DNA of 64,000 nt. Source: Camelus ferus. Lineage: Eukaryota. Shown piece after piece: positions 36,600 through 49,830 of the stretch. A model generated the notes under the pieces. The model made no database searches. It was not told the DNA's origin and saw only the letters and a list, made by a program, of their open reading frames with translations. The stretch is from positions 69,380,001 to 69,444,000 of the forward strand of contig NC_045696.1 of NCBI RefSeq assembly GCF_009834535.1, written 5' to 3'. Position 1 is the stretch's first letter, and each line of letters opens with the position of its first letter. The translations under genes were made by a program, and so were the position numbers.

Positions 36600-37560
36600 A
36601 TCTGGCCAGCGTTTAATCGACAAATATGTATTGAGCACCCTCTCTGTGCTAGGCATAGGCTAGTTTCTGGGGATAGGACCACCTGGGTTTCCAGGAGCTA
36701 GGTGGAACCAGGTAGAACAGAGCCAGAAACAGAAACCATGCAGCATTGTCTTTAGATGAGCATCAGTGCAGGGTCACCTCCCCAGCCTAGGAAGGGATTG
36801 GACCAAGGAGGTCAGTTAATGCTCTCTGAAGCAGATGGGCTTCAGCTAAAATTGAAGGGATGGCTAGAGGTTAAGTGAAGAAGTGAGTGTGGGTAACCCA
36901 TTCTAGGTAGAGGGAACAGTATAAGCAAGGGCTCAGAGGCAGTTCTTGTCTACAGTGTTGCTGGAGCAAAAAACCACGTTAAGAAGTGATATGAGATGAG
37001 TCTGGAGATGTGGACAGGAGGGTCTTGTCTGCCAAGTTAAAGAATGTCTTATAGACAGTTAAGGGAGCACTGAGAAATTTTAAATGGGAACTGACGTGGT
37101 CAGATTTTAACCTTAACGCAATCCCTCTAGCTGCGGTGTTGGGGGCGGAGGAGACAGGAAGCAGGGCTGCCACCTGGGAGGCTTTTGTGGGAAGTTAGGT
37201 AACACACGGGCTGAACAAGGTAGTACAGATGGAGGGAGAGACAGAATCAGGAAAAAGCTGATAAGCAAGTGGGTGGGAAAGGTGGCGAGGGAGGCAGAGG
37301 AGCCTGGGGCAGTTCCCAAGCTTCTACCTTACATATCTGGGAGGATAGTGGTTCCATCGGCCACTTGATCCAGGATCAAGGGACAGGAGCAAGAGCAGGG
37401 TTATTAATGAGTTCAGTCTGAGACATGCTGAATTTGAAGTGTCAGTGAGAGGTCCAGATGGAGATGTCATTGACAGAAGAGCTATGTGGCTGGAGACCCA
37501 GGCTGGGGAGGCTTGAATATAAGTGGTTGGTGAAACCACGAGAGCCGAGAGCTGATGAGA
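36600..37560 (-). mobile_element. L2 fragment
   Basis: CAAATATGTATTGAGCACC..CTCTGTGCTAGGCA...ATGAGTTCAGTCTGAGACATGCTGAATTTGAAGTG. Confidence 0.8.
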
Positions 37561-37828
37561 TCATGGGAGAGTCCGTTTTCATTTTGTCTTGATACGTGTG
37601 TTGCCAGTATCTGAAAGATCCACGTCAAGGAGATTCATGCCTGTTTAACAAGGGGAGGAGACTTCTCATAGCATTGAAGCTGTACTGGTAGCCATCTGCT
37701 GACCCAGCTGGGTCAGTGTCCACCTCTGCCAGGTGAATGGTCAAATATAGGAGTTTTTACAGAAATTCTTGTTTTCCTTTTCCACATTAGAACTTCACAA
37801 ATTCATCAACATGGTCCTTTTCTCTAGA

Positions 37829-37995
37829 CCAGTACTTCTCAACATATCACCTACGAAACTGTGTAAACTACCAATTTTGGGTCCCTATCCGGGAGATGCT
37901 AATTTAATTGGTCTGGCGTCAGGGCTGGGCCTGGGCATTTTTTTTTTAAAGGTCCCCAAGTGACACCAGTACTTAGCAGAGTTAAGAACCATTGT
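37829..37995. mobile_element. MER5-like hAT-Charlie
   Basis: CCAGTACTTCTCAA...ATTTAATTGGTCTGG...GGGCCTGGGCATT...GTTAAGAACCATTG. Confidence 0.7.
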
Positions 37996-38362
37996 TACAC
38001 AAGAAGTTCCCTCAGTGATTTCTCAAATTACAGGGTTTTTAATTCCTTACCTCCTCTGGCAAATCTCCTATGACTCCATTACAATTTCTCTAAAAACTGC
38101 TTTAACGTGACAGAACCTACACTGGACACTACACTCTGGCCATGGCCTTGTGCACACTGTCCCAGTCTTTGTATTCAACAGATATTTCTCCTTCGTGCCT
38201 GCAAGGCTCATGGGAAACTTTGTCAAATATCCTGTGTTTACAACCTCTGTCTGTCACATTCTCTGAGTTACATAACTAACATATCCTTCAAAAAGACTTA
38301 AAAATCACCTGCTATGACTTCTGAGTGAACCTTAGTTAGTTCAAAGGGATCATTGCTTTTCT

Positions 38363-38739
38363 TTTTTGTTTGTTAGTTTTTTTGTTTGTTTTTGGTTTTT
38401 GACTTTTTTTTTAATTGAAGTATAGTTGACATACAGTGTTCGTTTCAGGTGTACAGCATAGCGATTCAGCTTTTGTATATACATTACAAATTGATCACTA
38501 CGGTAAGTCTAGTCATCACCCGTCACCACGATGAGTTGTTGCAATATTACCAGCTAGATTCGCCCTGCTGTTCATTCCATCCCTGTGATTTATTTATTTT
38601 ATACCTGGCAGTTTGTATCTTTTAATTCCCTTCACCTATTTTGCCCATCCCCCAAACCCTCCCCTCTGGTGACCACCAGTTTGTTCTCTGTATTTAGGAA
38701 TCTGGTTCTGTTTTCTTCTGTTTGTTTTGTTTCTGTGGT
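38363..38739 (-). mobile_element. L1MA9-like 3' fragment with TSD
   Basis: T-rich tail followed by TTGAAGTATAGTTGACATACA. Perfect 16-bp TSD GGATCATTGCTTTTCT at 38347-38362 and 38740-38755, with a TT|AGAAAA site. Confidence 0.9.
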
Positions 38740-38940
38740 GGATCATTGCTTTTCTAAATGCTCACAAGGCAGCACCCAGCCCAGCAGTTCTCAAATTTTC
38801 ATTTACATTAGAATTGACTGGAGACTTTCCCTTCAGAGATTCTGATTCTGAGGTAGGGGCTGGAGGCCCAGACCCAGAGCGGTAGGGTGGGAGCCCAGAT
38901 TTTCACCAGCATTTCTAAGTTAAGGTGGCAGGGGCTGCAA

Positions 38941-39904
38941 AGAATGGGAGAAAATATTTGTAAATCATATATATGAAAGGGGATTGATATTCAGAATATA
39001 TAGAGAACTCGCAAAACTCAACAACAATAAAACAAACAGTTCAACTGAAAAATAAGTAAAGGATTTGAAAAACATTTCTCCAAAGAAGATAAACACATAG
39101 CTGATAAGCTTATGAAAAGATGCTCAATGTCACTAATCATTAGGATAATGCAAATCAAAATCACAATAAGACACCACTTCAAATCCATGAGGATAGCTAC
39201 TATCAAAAAAACAGAAAATAATAAATCTTGCTGAGGCTATAGGGGAATTGGGACCCTTGTACACTGTTGGTGTGATTGTAAAATGGTGCAACCACTATGG
39301 AAAACAGTATCTCAGTTCCTCAAAAAATTAAAAATAGAATACCATATGATCTAGCAATTCCACTTCTGGGTATATACCCAAAAGAACTGAAAGCAAGAAC
39401 GTGACAAGATATTTGTAATACCCGTGAGCACAGCAGCATCATTCACAATAGCCAAAAGGGGGAAGCAACGCAAGTGTCCATCATTGACTAAGTAGGGTAA
39501 ACAAAATGTGAAATATGCATAAAATGAAGTATTATTCAGTGTCAAAAAGGAATGAAATTCTAACGCTACAAATGGATGACCCTTGAAAACTTTATGCTAA
39601 GTGAAATAAGCCAATCACAAAAGGCAAAATGCTGTGATCCCACTCATATGAGATATTTAGAATAGTCAAATTCATGGAGACAGAAAGTAAGATGATAGTT
39701 ACCAGGGGCTGATGGGGAGGGAAGAAGGGGGTGTTATCATTTAGTGGTACAGCATTTCAGTTTTTCAAAATGAAATACATCTGTGGATGGATGGTGGTGG
39801 TTTTGAAACAACAATGTGAATATACTTAATGCCACTGAACTGTACATTTAAAAATGGTTAAAATGGTAAATTTTGTTAAGTATATTTTACCACCATTTAG
39901 AAAA
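38941..39904 (+). mobile_element. L1MB-type ORF2 end plus 3' UTR
   Basis: GAATGGGAGAAAATATTTG...GATGCTCAA...AATGCAAATCAAAA...CTAGCAATTCCACTTCTGGGTATATACCCAAAAGAA...AATGGTTAAAATGGTAAATTTT. Confidence 0.92.
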
Positions 39905-40099
39905 GTAAATATAGGTATAGCTAAGTGACAGGGGCTGTAGGAGTGCTAGGTAGGTAGCTGATGGAAGATACATCTCAATCGCATTCCTGCCTCCTCGGAC
40001 ATGCGCTGGCGAGCACACATGGTCATGGGCCGTGGGGCTCACTTTCACTCAACACATGGTGGAAGTTTATGAAAACAATATTTAGTAGTTCAAAATTAG

Positions 40100-43000
40100 G
40101 GAGATAAGTCAGAATACAACACTAATGTCTCCCTAATAAATAAACAGTATTTTTTTAAAAGGGAGAAACCTTTTCAGAAAATCTCCAAGTTGTATTTACA
40201 GAGATTTAAGAGGATGCAGCAGGAACTATCAAAAGGGAGCAATTTGAGATTAGGAAAATTGACCTCCTTTAAAATGAAAAATATTTTACAGAGTTAAAAT
40301 CATACACTGGAAACATGAACAGTAAAACAATGCAGAAAACTAAAGATGAATGTAAATTCTCACAGTACTGATAGAAAACATAAAGAAATGAAATAATGAG
40401 TGAAAAAAAATGGGGGCTAGAATTCAGCACATTAAATCTAAATAGATAGCATTTTTCAGGAGAAGAGGAAATGGAAGATGAGTTATAATAAAAATATAGA
40501 AAAATATTTTCCTGTTTTCAGTTCAAAATAGTTCATTGTGTACAAGGGAAAATTAAAAGTATATTCTAGTGAAAGTCATTTATGTGAATTAAAAAAAAAT
40601 CTGTTGCTATACAATCAGAAAAGTAATATTTTATTAAAAAAAAAAAGCATGTACTAGACATTCTGTAACACCAGATGTCAGAAGGAAGTTGATATATGAC
40701 TATAAAATTTTGAGGTAATAAGATTGTGACTCAGAAGTCTGTATTCAGCAATCTGTGAAGTAAAAGGAAATAGTAATCTCGGACCAAAAATGATGTACCC
40801 AGAAAACAGACCTCTGGAATCCTTTACTGAAAAACGTATTCATCAGAATACTCTGATCAACAAGGAAATTGATGAACATTAAAATTTAGGAATGGAGAAG
40901 ATGTGATAAAAGAGATATGAGGTGAAAAATGAAACCAAACATAGACTTAATGTTTAAATGTTATTAATATGGTTATGAAACAATGCAACTGTCAAAAATC
41001 ATTCTAAATAAAAAGATACACAAGAAATTTAATAATAATAAAAAAAACCATAAAGAGCAGATTTCCTCATTTTGTATCATGGTTGACATTGAGTATTGTT
41101 TCATTGATGACATAGTTAAAGAAATATAAGTTTAAATAAATTTTTAAATAAGAAAGAGAGTAGATGAATATAAAACTAGAAGTGCCATGTTTAACTTCAA
41201 AATTAGGAGGAAGATTTGGAATGTTATAGCCAAGGTTAAAACCTAATACAGCAAATAGCAAGGAAACATTTTTTTTTTTAAAGTATAAAATAAGATGACA
41301 GAAGTGAGGTCAAACAAATTATCACAGTAAGTGAGAATGGTTTGATCATTTCTATTAAAAGATGAAGGAGCATGGATTGGGCAAAAACTAATTCTAAATA
41401 TATGCTGTTTTAAACAAAATGGGACAGAAAGGAGTGGGAAAAAGAGTATACATTTACCAGGGAAACGTAAACCAAGGGAAAAAGGAAGAGAAATATTAGT
41501 ATTAGACAAAGTAGAAATTAATGCAGGAAACATTGAGTGATGTATTAAATGTGGCTAACAGATACAATCCATTAAAAGACATACTACATATGAATATTTT
41601 TATTCTAAATAACAAAAAAATCACAATATGTAAAATAAATCTGTCAAAATACAATCACAGAGAGAGACAACTTACTTCTATCAATCTTCAACATATTGAG
41701 GGACAAAAACAAACGAGTGTATAAAGAATTTTGAGGATGTAAGGAGCTTGACACAATGGACATATACTCCTTCACATTCAAGAATGAACATACATCCTCA
41801 CTTATATGTGGTATCTTAAAAAAAAGGACACTTACAAAACAGAAACAGACTCACAGACATAAGGAACAAACTTATGGTTACCAGGGGGTAAAGGGGGTGG
41901 GAAGGGATAAATTGGGAATTTGAAATTTGCTCCTCTTGGGGAGTGATGGAAATGTTAGCTATCTTGATTGTGGTGGTTTCATGGATGTATACATCTATCA
42001 AAATTCATCAAATTGTACATCTGAAATATGTGTAGTTTACTGTATAAGAACCATACCACAATAAAAGAACGAACATATATATATTTAAATGTTTATGAAG
42101 TATTGAGAAATTTGGGTCACATTGTAAAGAAAATTGTGAGACCTTCCAAAAAAGTGGAACTTGTTGTGGCTGTAAGAGGAAAAAAAAACTAGAGTTACTC
42201 TAAGATAATATATTCTAGGAGCTTGATGTTGCCTGGGATTTGTACACATCCACCTGACGCTATTACTTCAGCATTCAGGGAGAACAGGGCCCAAGGCCTG
42301 TTATTTGATAAGCATCAAGTCCATAGATTGCTTCCTCCTTCAAGAATGAATAAAGACTAAAACAGAGAGGAACTAAGGAAAATGCAACACAAAAGAATAG
42401 TGTAGAGAAGGAAAATGAATGCATTCCTCCAGCTGGACCTAAAGGAATATTATGGAGACTAGAATCCTCTTAGAAGGGCAAGAGGCCATGGCCTTTACAA
42501 ACCAGAAGAGAATAAGAAAAGGCTGAGGTGATAATGAAATATAGTATACAAAGACATGAATGACTGAAAGGATGGCAAAGAAAGTAAAACACAACAGAAT
42601 TAAAATCTATCAGGTGGAACTAATAGCAGAGTTTAATCTATAGAAAATCAAATCAAGTATGCAGAGGAAGCAATGTTATAAATGGTAGGCAATCAGTACT
42701 GAAGCCAATTAAAAAAGATATGTCAATTATTGTAAATCCAGTTTTTAAATTGCATGCAAAAGTAAAATATATTCAAAGAGATGACATGTATTGTTGCACA
42801 AAATTATTAGACTGCAAATTGAGGTTTAAAACCCCAGATAACATATTTAAAAGCCTGACAAGGCTGGCATTTCTCTGGAGAATATAGGCGAGGATAGGAC
42901 AGTGAAAAGTATATGCTCTGAGTTCCTTGGTTCAACTATGAGAGATTCATTTTGTTCTTGACATTTAAATTTAGAAAATAATAGTTACAGAATTCCTTTT

Positions 43001-44050
43001 TCCACTATTCTGTCTTCCAAACCAAGGGGTCTAAGAAAACATACCTCATATGACAAAGGACAAGAAATAAAGGAGACAGCAAGGAAGCATTAAAAGAAAA
43101 ATGAAAAGGAGCATAAAAATGAGATCAAATACTTCAATTATAACAACTAACATAAATAAACTAAAGGACCCATTTTTAATAAAGTTCTTCATTTTGGATC
43201 CCAAACTAAAATTCAACCATATGTTGTTTACCATTGTCATCCCTAATACAAAATAAGATACAAAAAAGAAAAATACTGAGAAAAGGTATAGCAGGCAGAT
43301 AACAACAAACACTAAAGCAGAAGTCGATATTAATGTAAGACAAAAATGCAACTCAAGACAAATACTTTAAATAAGATAATGAGGATGGTTTTATATCCAT
43401 GAAGAGGCCAATTCACAATGCAGATAGACTGTTATGGAAATGTATGCACCAATAAATATTGATAGATGCAAAACTAATGTTGCATCCAAAGCACAATGTG
43501 GTAAAAGATTTCAAAATGCCAGTCTAGGGCTTTCATATATCAAGTAAACAAACAAAAATAATATAAATACAGGAATTATGTAATATTGTGAATATGATTT
43601 TAAAAATACATCTATATAATACTCAAAATACAGAGAATGAAATTTCTTTTCCAGGGCTCATCAAACAAAAATTAATTCTGTATTAGGTTACATATCTCTG
43701 CAAGTTCCTCAAAGCAGAAATAATGAATGTCATAGTTTCTAACTATTAGAAATGAATAATAAAAAGTAAATAACAACATGGGGACAAGTAATAAATTACA
43801 GTCCATTTATGTCATAAATGACTAGGAAGCCATAGAAAACAATATTATATGTAGAACGTTTAATAACACCAAATAATGGTCACCTTATACAAATAAGTGA
43901 AAACAAAATCAAATGAAGTTTAAAATTTAAAAATAAGTGTATGCATACATACATGGGTTAATTCTAGAAATAATTTACAGCAAAATATTCACTGTGGTTA
44001 TAATTAGTGGTGAGATTACATGTGATTTCTATTTTAAAATCATATTAAAA
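40100..44050 (+). mobile_element. Ancient L1M (L1ME/L1M5/HAL1-like) ORF1, endonuclease and 3' fragments
   Basis: Strongly A-rich sense strand with degenerate L1 motifs (ATATGCTGTTT, ATATTAGACAAAGTAGA, CAATTCACAA...GTATGCACCAATAA) and an L1ME-type 3' end near 43780-44040. Confidence 0.65.
41793..42064 (+). mobile_element. Chimeric L1 3' end (young L1 part plus L1MB/MC-type tail)
   Basis: Flanked by AAGAATGAACATA (41780-41792) / AAGAACGAACATA (42065-42077) and ends in CAATAAAA. Confidence 0.7.
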
Positions 44051-44099
44051 TATGACTTGGATTCTTGGCTTAGATTATTATTATACTCACACTGTTTAG

Positions 44100-45500
44100 A
44101 ATTTGTAGAATCCATATTCTTCTGATTTTTTGTAATAATAAAAACAAGATTAGATTTGTCTCTAGATCTTTGGGTTTCTGTTGTTGCCAGTGTTCTCCAA
44201 AATTCTTCATAGATCACCAGAAGTGGTTCAGTAACATGATCATCCTTGTCCCAAGCAGTACCAATCTGATTTTTACTCTTCTTGCTCTAAAATTAACCAG
44301 TCCACTCCCCAAACTTCCCTCAGCCTTTGTTTGGCGGGAGTGTTTTGAGTTAGTTTGTTTCTTTGTTTTTGTCACTTAATATTCTCATATCATTTTGAGC
44401 AATTTTTTCACGATGTAATTCATATAGATGTGTACCGTCTTCCTGTATATTCCTTGATTGCGTGCCTTTCCTTTTCTTTATCACTAAATGTTCTTTTCAC
44501 ATGTGAACCCATAGGTTAGTCCTGCAGGCCCTTTTTTTTTTTTTTTTTAAAGAACCATTCCTTTTTCCTCTCATGTCTGCTTTAATCTAAAGGTCCTGGC
44601 TCTTTATTACAACCAGGCTTCTCCTTGACAATCATAACCTCTGAGCTGGAGTGGCTTCTTTCTTCTAAGCTATCTCTTATGCCTACTTCACCCTTCTGCA
44701 AGCAGGGTCTTTCTGCTGGTCAGAGTGAGGTCCAGAGGAGTTCATTCAGTAAAGCTTCTTCACTCCATGGCAACAGGGAAATAGAAACACTTGTCTGATG
44801 CTTCTACTTTTAGCCAAATGAGGCTTTCTGCAAGCATTTAACCAATACTAGTTCCCTTTCACTGTTCCAACTTCCTTTGTGCCAGAAGAGTAGTGGCTAG
44901 GAATGCACCCTGCATTTCCCCCTTGTGGTCAAGTGGCTGGTAGAAAATGCTCATGATGATACCACACGTGTTCCTTGCCCTTTTCTGCTCACTCATGAGA
45001 TATTTTAGGTGCTCTGTCTTTAGGTCATGAATTCCCATCATAAACCAGTTTTTGGTCCAAAGCCTACATATTGCCATGTAGACAATACCAGCCCTTAAAT
45101 ACAGTTTTTAGTACTCTTTGTAATCATGTATACATGTGTGTGTATTTGTATGTGTCACTGGCATCTCACCTCTCCTGTTTGTCTTTGCTTTACCAGCAGT
45201 TCTACACTCTGGATAGATTCATGATATTATTCCAGCTCTTTGATTGTTTTCCCCATCAGCCTCTAGGCAAATACATGCCCCTCACCATGCCCATGAGTTA
45301 CAAGCCTTTTATTACTAGGTATGAACTCTCCCTTTCAGCATATGGTAACTCATGACCCAGAAAGCTACATCCAGTGTTGACATTGTTTGCTTCCATTTTA
45401 TCTCAGAATCCCGACTGTCAGCATAAAGGATAGAGGCCAACACCATCCCTATTCCCCAGTTTTCACTTTCTTGTCCAAAACTAGTGGGACATTGGGTCAG
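44100..45500 (-). mobile_element. L3/CR1 ORF2 endonuclease-region relic
   Basis: Minus-strand translations GIIMSIFYQPLDHKGEMQGAF (cf. CR1 VVGVYYRPP..EE.DEAF) and LDLTLTSRKTL at ~44703-44735 (cf. CR1 LDL.LTNREEL). Confidence 0.65.
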
Positions 45501-46609
45501 ACTAGATGATAAAGAATGCCTTGAATGCCTAGAAAAGGAACTGGGCACAAACTGATAGTGAATAAGAAGTAATTCTTGGTTCTTGAGAAAGAAAATAATT
45601 GAAACTAGTGGTTTTCATAAAGTATTCTTATGCAGAACAGACTGGAATGGAGTGACCCAGTTATGAAGACTAGAGGCAGATGCAGGGGCCAGTTAGCAAG
45701 CTGTTACCCAGAAATTAGGGTGCTGTCACATGGAACGAAATGAAGGGACAGAGCTGAGAGATAATACAAAACAAAACTTGGTAAGTTGGTTTCTGGTTTG
45801 GTATTGAAATTTTGGGAGGAGGAAGGAAGTTGAAAGTAAATAACACCAATTATCAACCCGCTGAATGTGGAGAATAATATTTCCATTGAAAAAGTTAAGA
45901 AAATCTGTGTTATTTAGTTTTTGAGGTGGAGATAAGAGGAAGATAAGTTTGAGAGTAGATCTATTTATATATTTTAAAGTCATACCTTGTAAATGGTTGG
46001 AGGACTGTATAAATGCATGTGATTCCATCAGCAGCAGGATGTCTTTCTGACCAAACTAAACTCAGTAAATGATGTCATGCTCTGATCAAAACAGTTAGTC
46101 AATTAAATCAAATTATTTTTTTCTTTCTACTTCTTCTTTAGTCAGGGCTAGTTTCTATTGGCTATTTTTGTCTAGTTCAAAGTGATTCACCCAGGGAGCC
46201 TAGTCCCTCCAACTGCACTGTAATTTATTAAACATTCAGCCAAATGACTAACTCTGTGCTCATCTCCCAAATCCTCCAGTGTTCTAATCTAGCTCATGCA
46301 TCCAGCCACTCTTAAACACTGCAGGCAGAAATTGCCACAAATTTCCCATGTCATAGTTTTCTGCTTTATTCATTAATTGCTTCTGAGGGGTGAGGGTAAG
46401 AATGTACTCCATTTCATCTTTTACAGCTGGTCCTGAAAAGCATCATCGTTCCCTTCCATCCTCTTCCTTAAATAGAGAGCTAAGATTTTTCATCCCTAAA
46501 TTCGTATCTTCTCTCATCTTAACCTCTTTCTCCATTATATGAGGGCATTCAAAGTATCAGGCAATCTTGGCACATTTCCCTGGACCTAAAAAAGAAGCGA
46601 AGGCACTTA

Positions 46610-47060
46610 GCATCCACTGAACTCTGTGTGCCAGGCACTGTGGTGGGAAATATGTATTCACTGTGTTTTATCCTATTCTGTAAGGTGATAACCACTGTTC
46701 CCATTTTCCAGCTGAAGAAGCTTGGACCGAGAGAGATTAAGTAAGAATAAGTAATGGATTTCTACTGTATAGCACAGGGAATAAAGATATTGAACATATC
46801 TTGTAATAATTTTAATGAGATTATTATGAATAAGAATATGAAATAAAAAATTCATATTCTTTAATGAGAAGGAATATGAAAATGAATATATTTATATATA
46901 TATGCATGACTGGGACTTTATGTTCTACACCAGAAGTTGACACATTGTAACTGAGTATACTTCAGTAAAATAAAATTTTTTAAAAAAGAATAAGTAATGG
47001 ACTCAAGACCACAAATCTAGGAAATGGTCGTGGATGAGATGCAGACCCAGGTTTGATGGA
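46610..47060 (-). mobile_element. MIR split by an L1 insertion
   Basis: GTGCCAGGCACTG...CCCATTTTCCAGCTGAAG...GAGAGATTAAGT on the left side and CAAGACCACA...GACCCAGG on the right side. Confidence 0.65.
46759..46985 (+). mobile_element. Short lineage-specific L1 3' fragment inserted into a MIR
   Basis: L1 tail with A-rich end. Perfect 16-bp TSD AAGAATAAGTAATGGA at 46743-46758 and 46986-47001. Confidence 0.9.
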
Positions 47061-49037
47061 TTCCTGGGCTATACTCTTTTCTGTTTTCTGGCAGATCTAG
47101 ATGTCCAGGTGTAGAATATTGCCGGCATGTTTTTCTCCACATCTGAAGCCAGGGCTACAGAGGAACAGTCGAGAAGTGCTTTACACCTCATAGGCCCCGA
47201 TGTATAGGTCTCCTGACACTTCACCCACTCCCACCCCATACACACTCTCGAGTGAACAGGGCTCGTGGGTTTGGAAGATTTAGGGGAAATGAAATGTCAC
47301 GCTCCTAATTTGTTTGAACTAAGGAATCTATCAGCTACAATTTTTACTGAAATGGAAAATGTGAGAAATAATTTTATAGCATAAAGAAAGTCTGTTAAAT
47401 TTAGACCCCTATTAGGAGTCTTGATGTTTTGATTTCCACGGTTCCTCCCTCTAGTGCAAGCATGTCAGGTGCACTTAGTAAAACCAGAGTCTGTTCTTCC
47501 TCTGCCCTTCTCAATCAGCCATGTGAGCATCAGTCGTGAGCTGAGCTCTCCTATCTGAGCAGCACAGTGCTTAGTGCATGCTGCCTGCTACCACAGCTTT
47601 TAGGGAAGCTATGTGGTGTCCCCAGTGGACCGTCAGTTCACTGAGAGCTGAGTCAGTCATATTTCATCTCTGCAACCCTCATAGCTCCTAGGAGAGTATT
47701 TTACACATATGAAGAAGTGGGTAAATGCACAAGTATAATTGCCTTTGGAACATCATTATTTTAACCAAACTTTATAGGAAAAAAATAGGATAAATAGAAG
47801 ATAGAATAGGATTTCAAGTTAGAAAAAATCCACTATGATGTGTAGAATAGCAATTCTGGTGAAGGTAATTCATTTATTTAACTACGGTATATATGATGTA
47901 TGTGTAGCTAACAAACACTGAAATTCACATATACACATATGATCCTCATAAAGTACAGGAAGACATATGCACGTTGTTCATACTAAAAGCCCACACACAA
48001 TACACATGTTCACATGTTGTACACACAGACTTATGCTCCATACAACTGCCTGGATATCTACCTTCAAGTCAATGTGCTATAAGGCTCAATCTGTAACCAA
48101 TGTAGGTAAACTTGGGGAAGACTGACTTGAGTTGGGCCAGAAAAAATAGAAAAATGATGAAAATAAGAAATTTACTTTATATTTTTTAAATTATATAAAT
48201 AATGTATTACCTTTCTAAGAAGAAAAAAACATTACAGATAATAGAATCCCAACTTCTAATTTCTATGTGCCCTTTAGAGGTAACAATTATGGTGTTTTGT
48301 GTGCATCCTTTTATGTTTCTCTTTTTTGTGGTTACATATATTTGTACCATTGCTTATAATTTTAAGTTTTTTCTAAAATGCTGTTTACTTCTACTGGTTC
48401 TAATAGTCACAAAAACTATGTAAGGGAGATCCCATTATTCTCATCTTACAAATGAGGACACTGGGTTCAGATGGACTAAGATTTTAGAATTTTTCCAAGG
48501 TCACATAGCTAGACTGTACCAGAACTAGACTGAGTCTTCCTTTCCATGAGTAAGATAGTTCTTCGTTTATTCAGGTTTTCCTTTCTGTCCCTCAGTAAAT
48601 TTTTATAGACTTCTCCATAAAGGCCTTGCATATTTCTTGTTAGATTTATTCCAGGATACATTCTACTTTTCATTAAAATTCTGAAAGAGATCCTTTTCTA
48701 TTATGTTGTATTTTCTAATTGGCTGTTGCTTGTGTAAAGGAAAGCAATTCATTCTTTAATATGGATTTCATATGCAGTCACTTTCTTGAAATTCCTTAAT
48801 AGTTTGTTTTATTCTCTTGGTTTTTCTAAGTGTACTATCATATCATTTAAAAATTGTGACAGTTTCACCTTTTCTGTTCTAATATGAACACCTTTTATTT
48901 CTTCTCATTTAAGTGCATTGCCTAGGACTTCAAATAGATTGTTGAATAGTAGAGGAATTAACATGCATCCTTATCTTGTCCTTGATTTTGATGTAACGCT
49001 TCTAATTTTTGCCATTTTAAAAAATAAGAATACATTT

Positions 49038-49511
49038 GTGGTCATTTTTAAAAATTCTTGCAATCCATGAACACGGTCTATATTTTCATCATTTGCATTG
49101 TCTTCAGTTTCTTTCATCAATGTCTTGTAGTTTTTTGAATACTGGTATTTTATCTCCTTAGGTAAGTTTATTCCTAAGTATTTTATTCTTTCTGATGTGA
49201 CTGTAAATGAGATGTTTCCTTAATTTCTCTTTCTGGTAGTTCATTGTTAGTGTATAGATATACAGATATAGAAAATTAGTGGTTACCAGTGGGGAAAGAG
49301 AAGGGGGAGGGGCAAGATGGGGTAGAGGATTAAGAGGTACAAACTACCATGTATACAAGAAAAAAGCTACAAGGATATATTGTGCAATACAGGGAATATA
49401 GCCATGTTTTATAATAACTATAAATGGAGTATAATCTTTAAAAATTGTAAGTCATTATGTTATATACCTGAAACTTATATAATATTGTAAGCCAACTATA
49501 TCTCAATAAAA
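49038..49511 (+). mobile_element. 5'-inverted (twin-primed) L1 insertion
   Basis: Antisense ORF2 piece (~49050-49258) joined to a sense L1 3' UTR ending CTCAATAAAAAA. Near-perfect TSD AAGAATACATTT (49026-49037) / AAGTATACATTT (49512-49523). Confidence 0.7.
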
Positions 49512-49554
49512 AAGTATACATTTATTATTTCCCAGCAGAGTATCTCATCTTTTT

Positions 49555-49830
49555 TATCTTTATTTTTTATTTATTTTCCAGCTTTGTTGAGATATAATTG
49601 ACATACAACACTGAATAAGCTTTACCACATAATGGTTGACTTACAAAACTATGAGACCATTACTGCAATAAGTTTAGTTAGCATCCACCATCTCATATAG
49701 ATACAAAAAAGAAAAAGAAAAAGGAAAAAATCCTTATGAGAACTCATTAGTATCTACTCTCTTAACTTTCAAATACACCATACAGCAGTGTTAACTGTAG
49801 TCATCATGTTGTACATTACCTCCCCAGTAA
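49555..49830 (-). mobile_element. L1MA9-like 3' end
   Basis: Contains TTGAGATATAATTGACATACAAC...CATGTTGTACATTAC and resembles the 53170-53450 segment. Confidence 0.8.
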
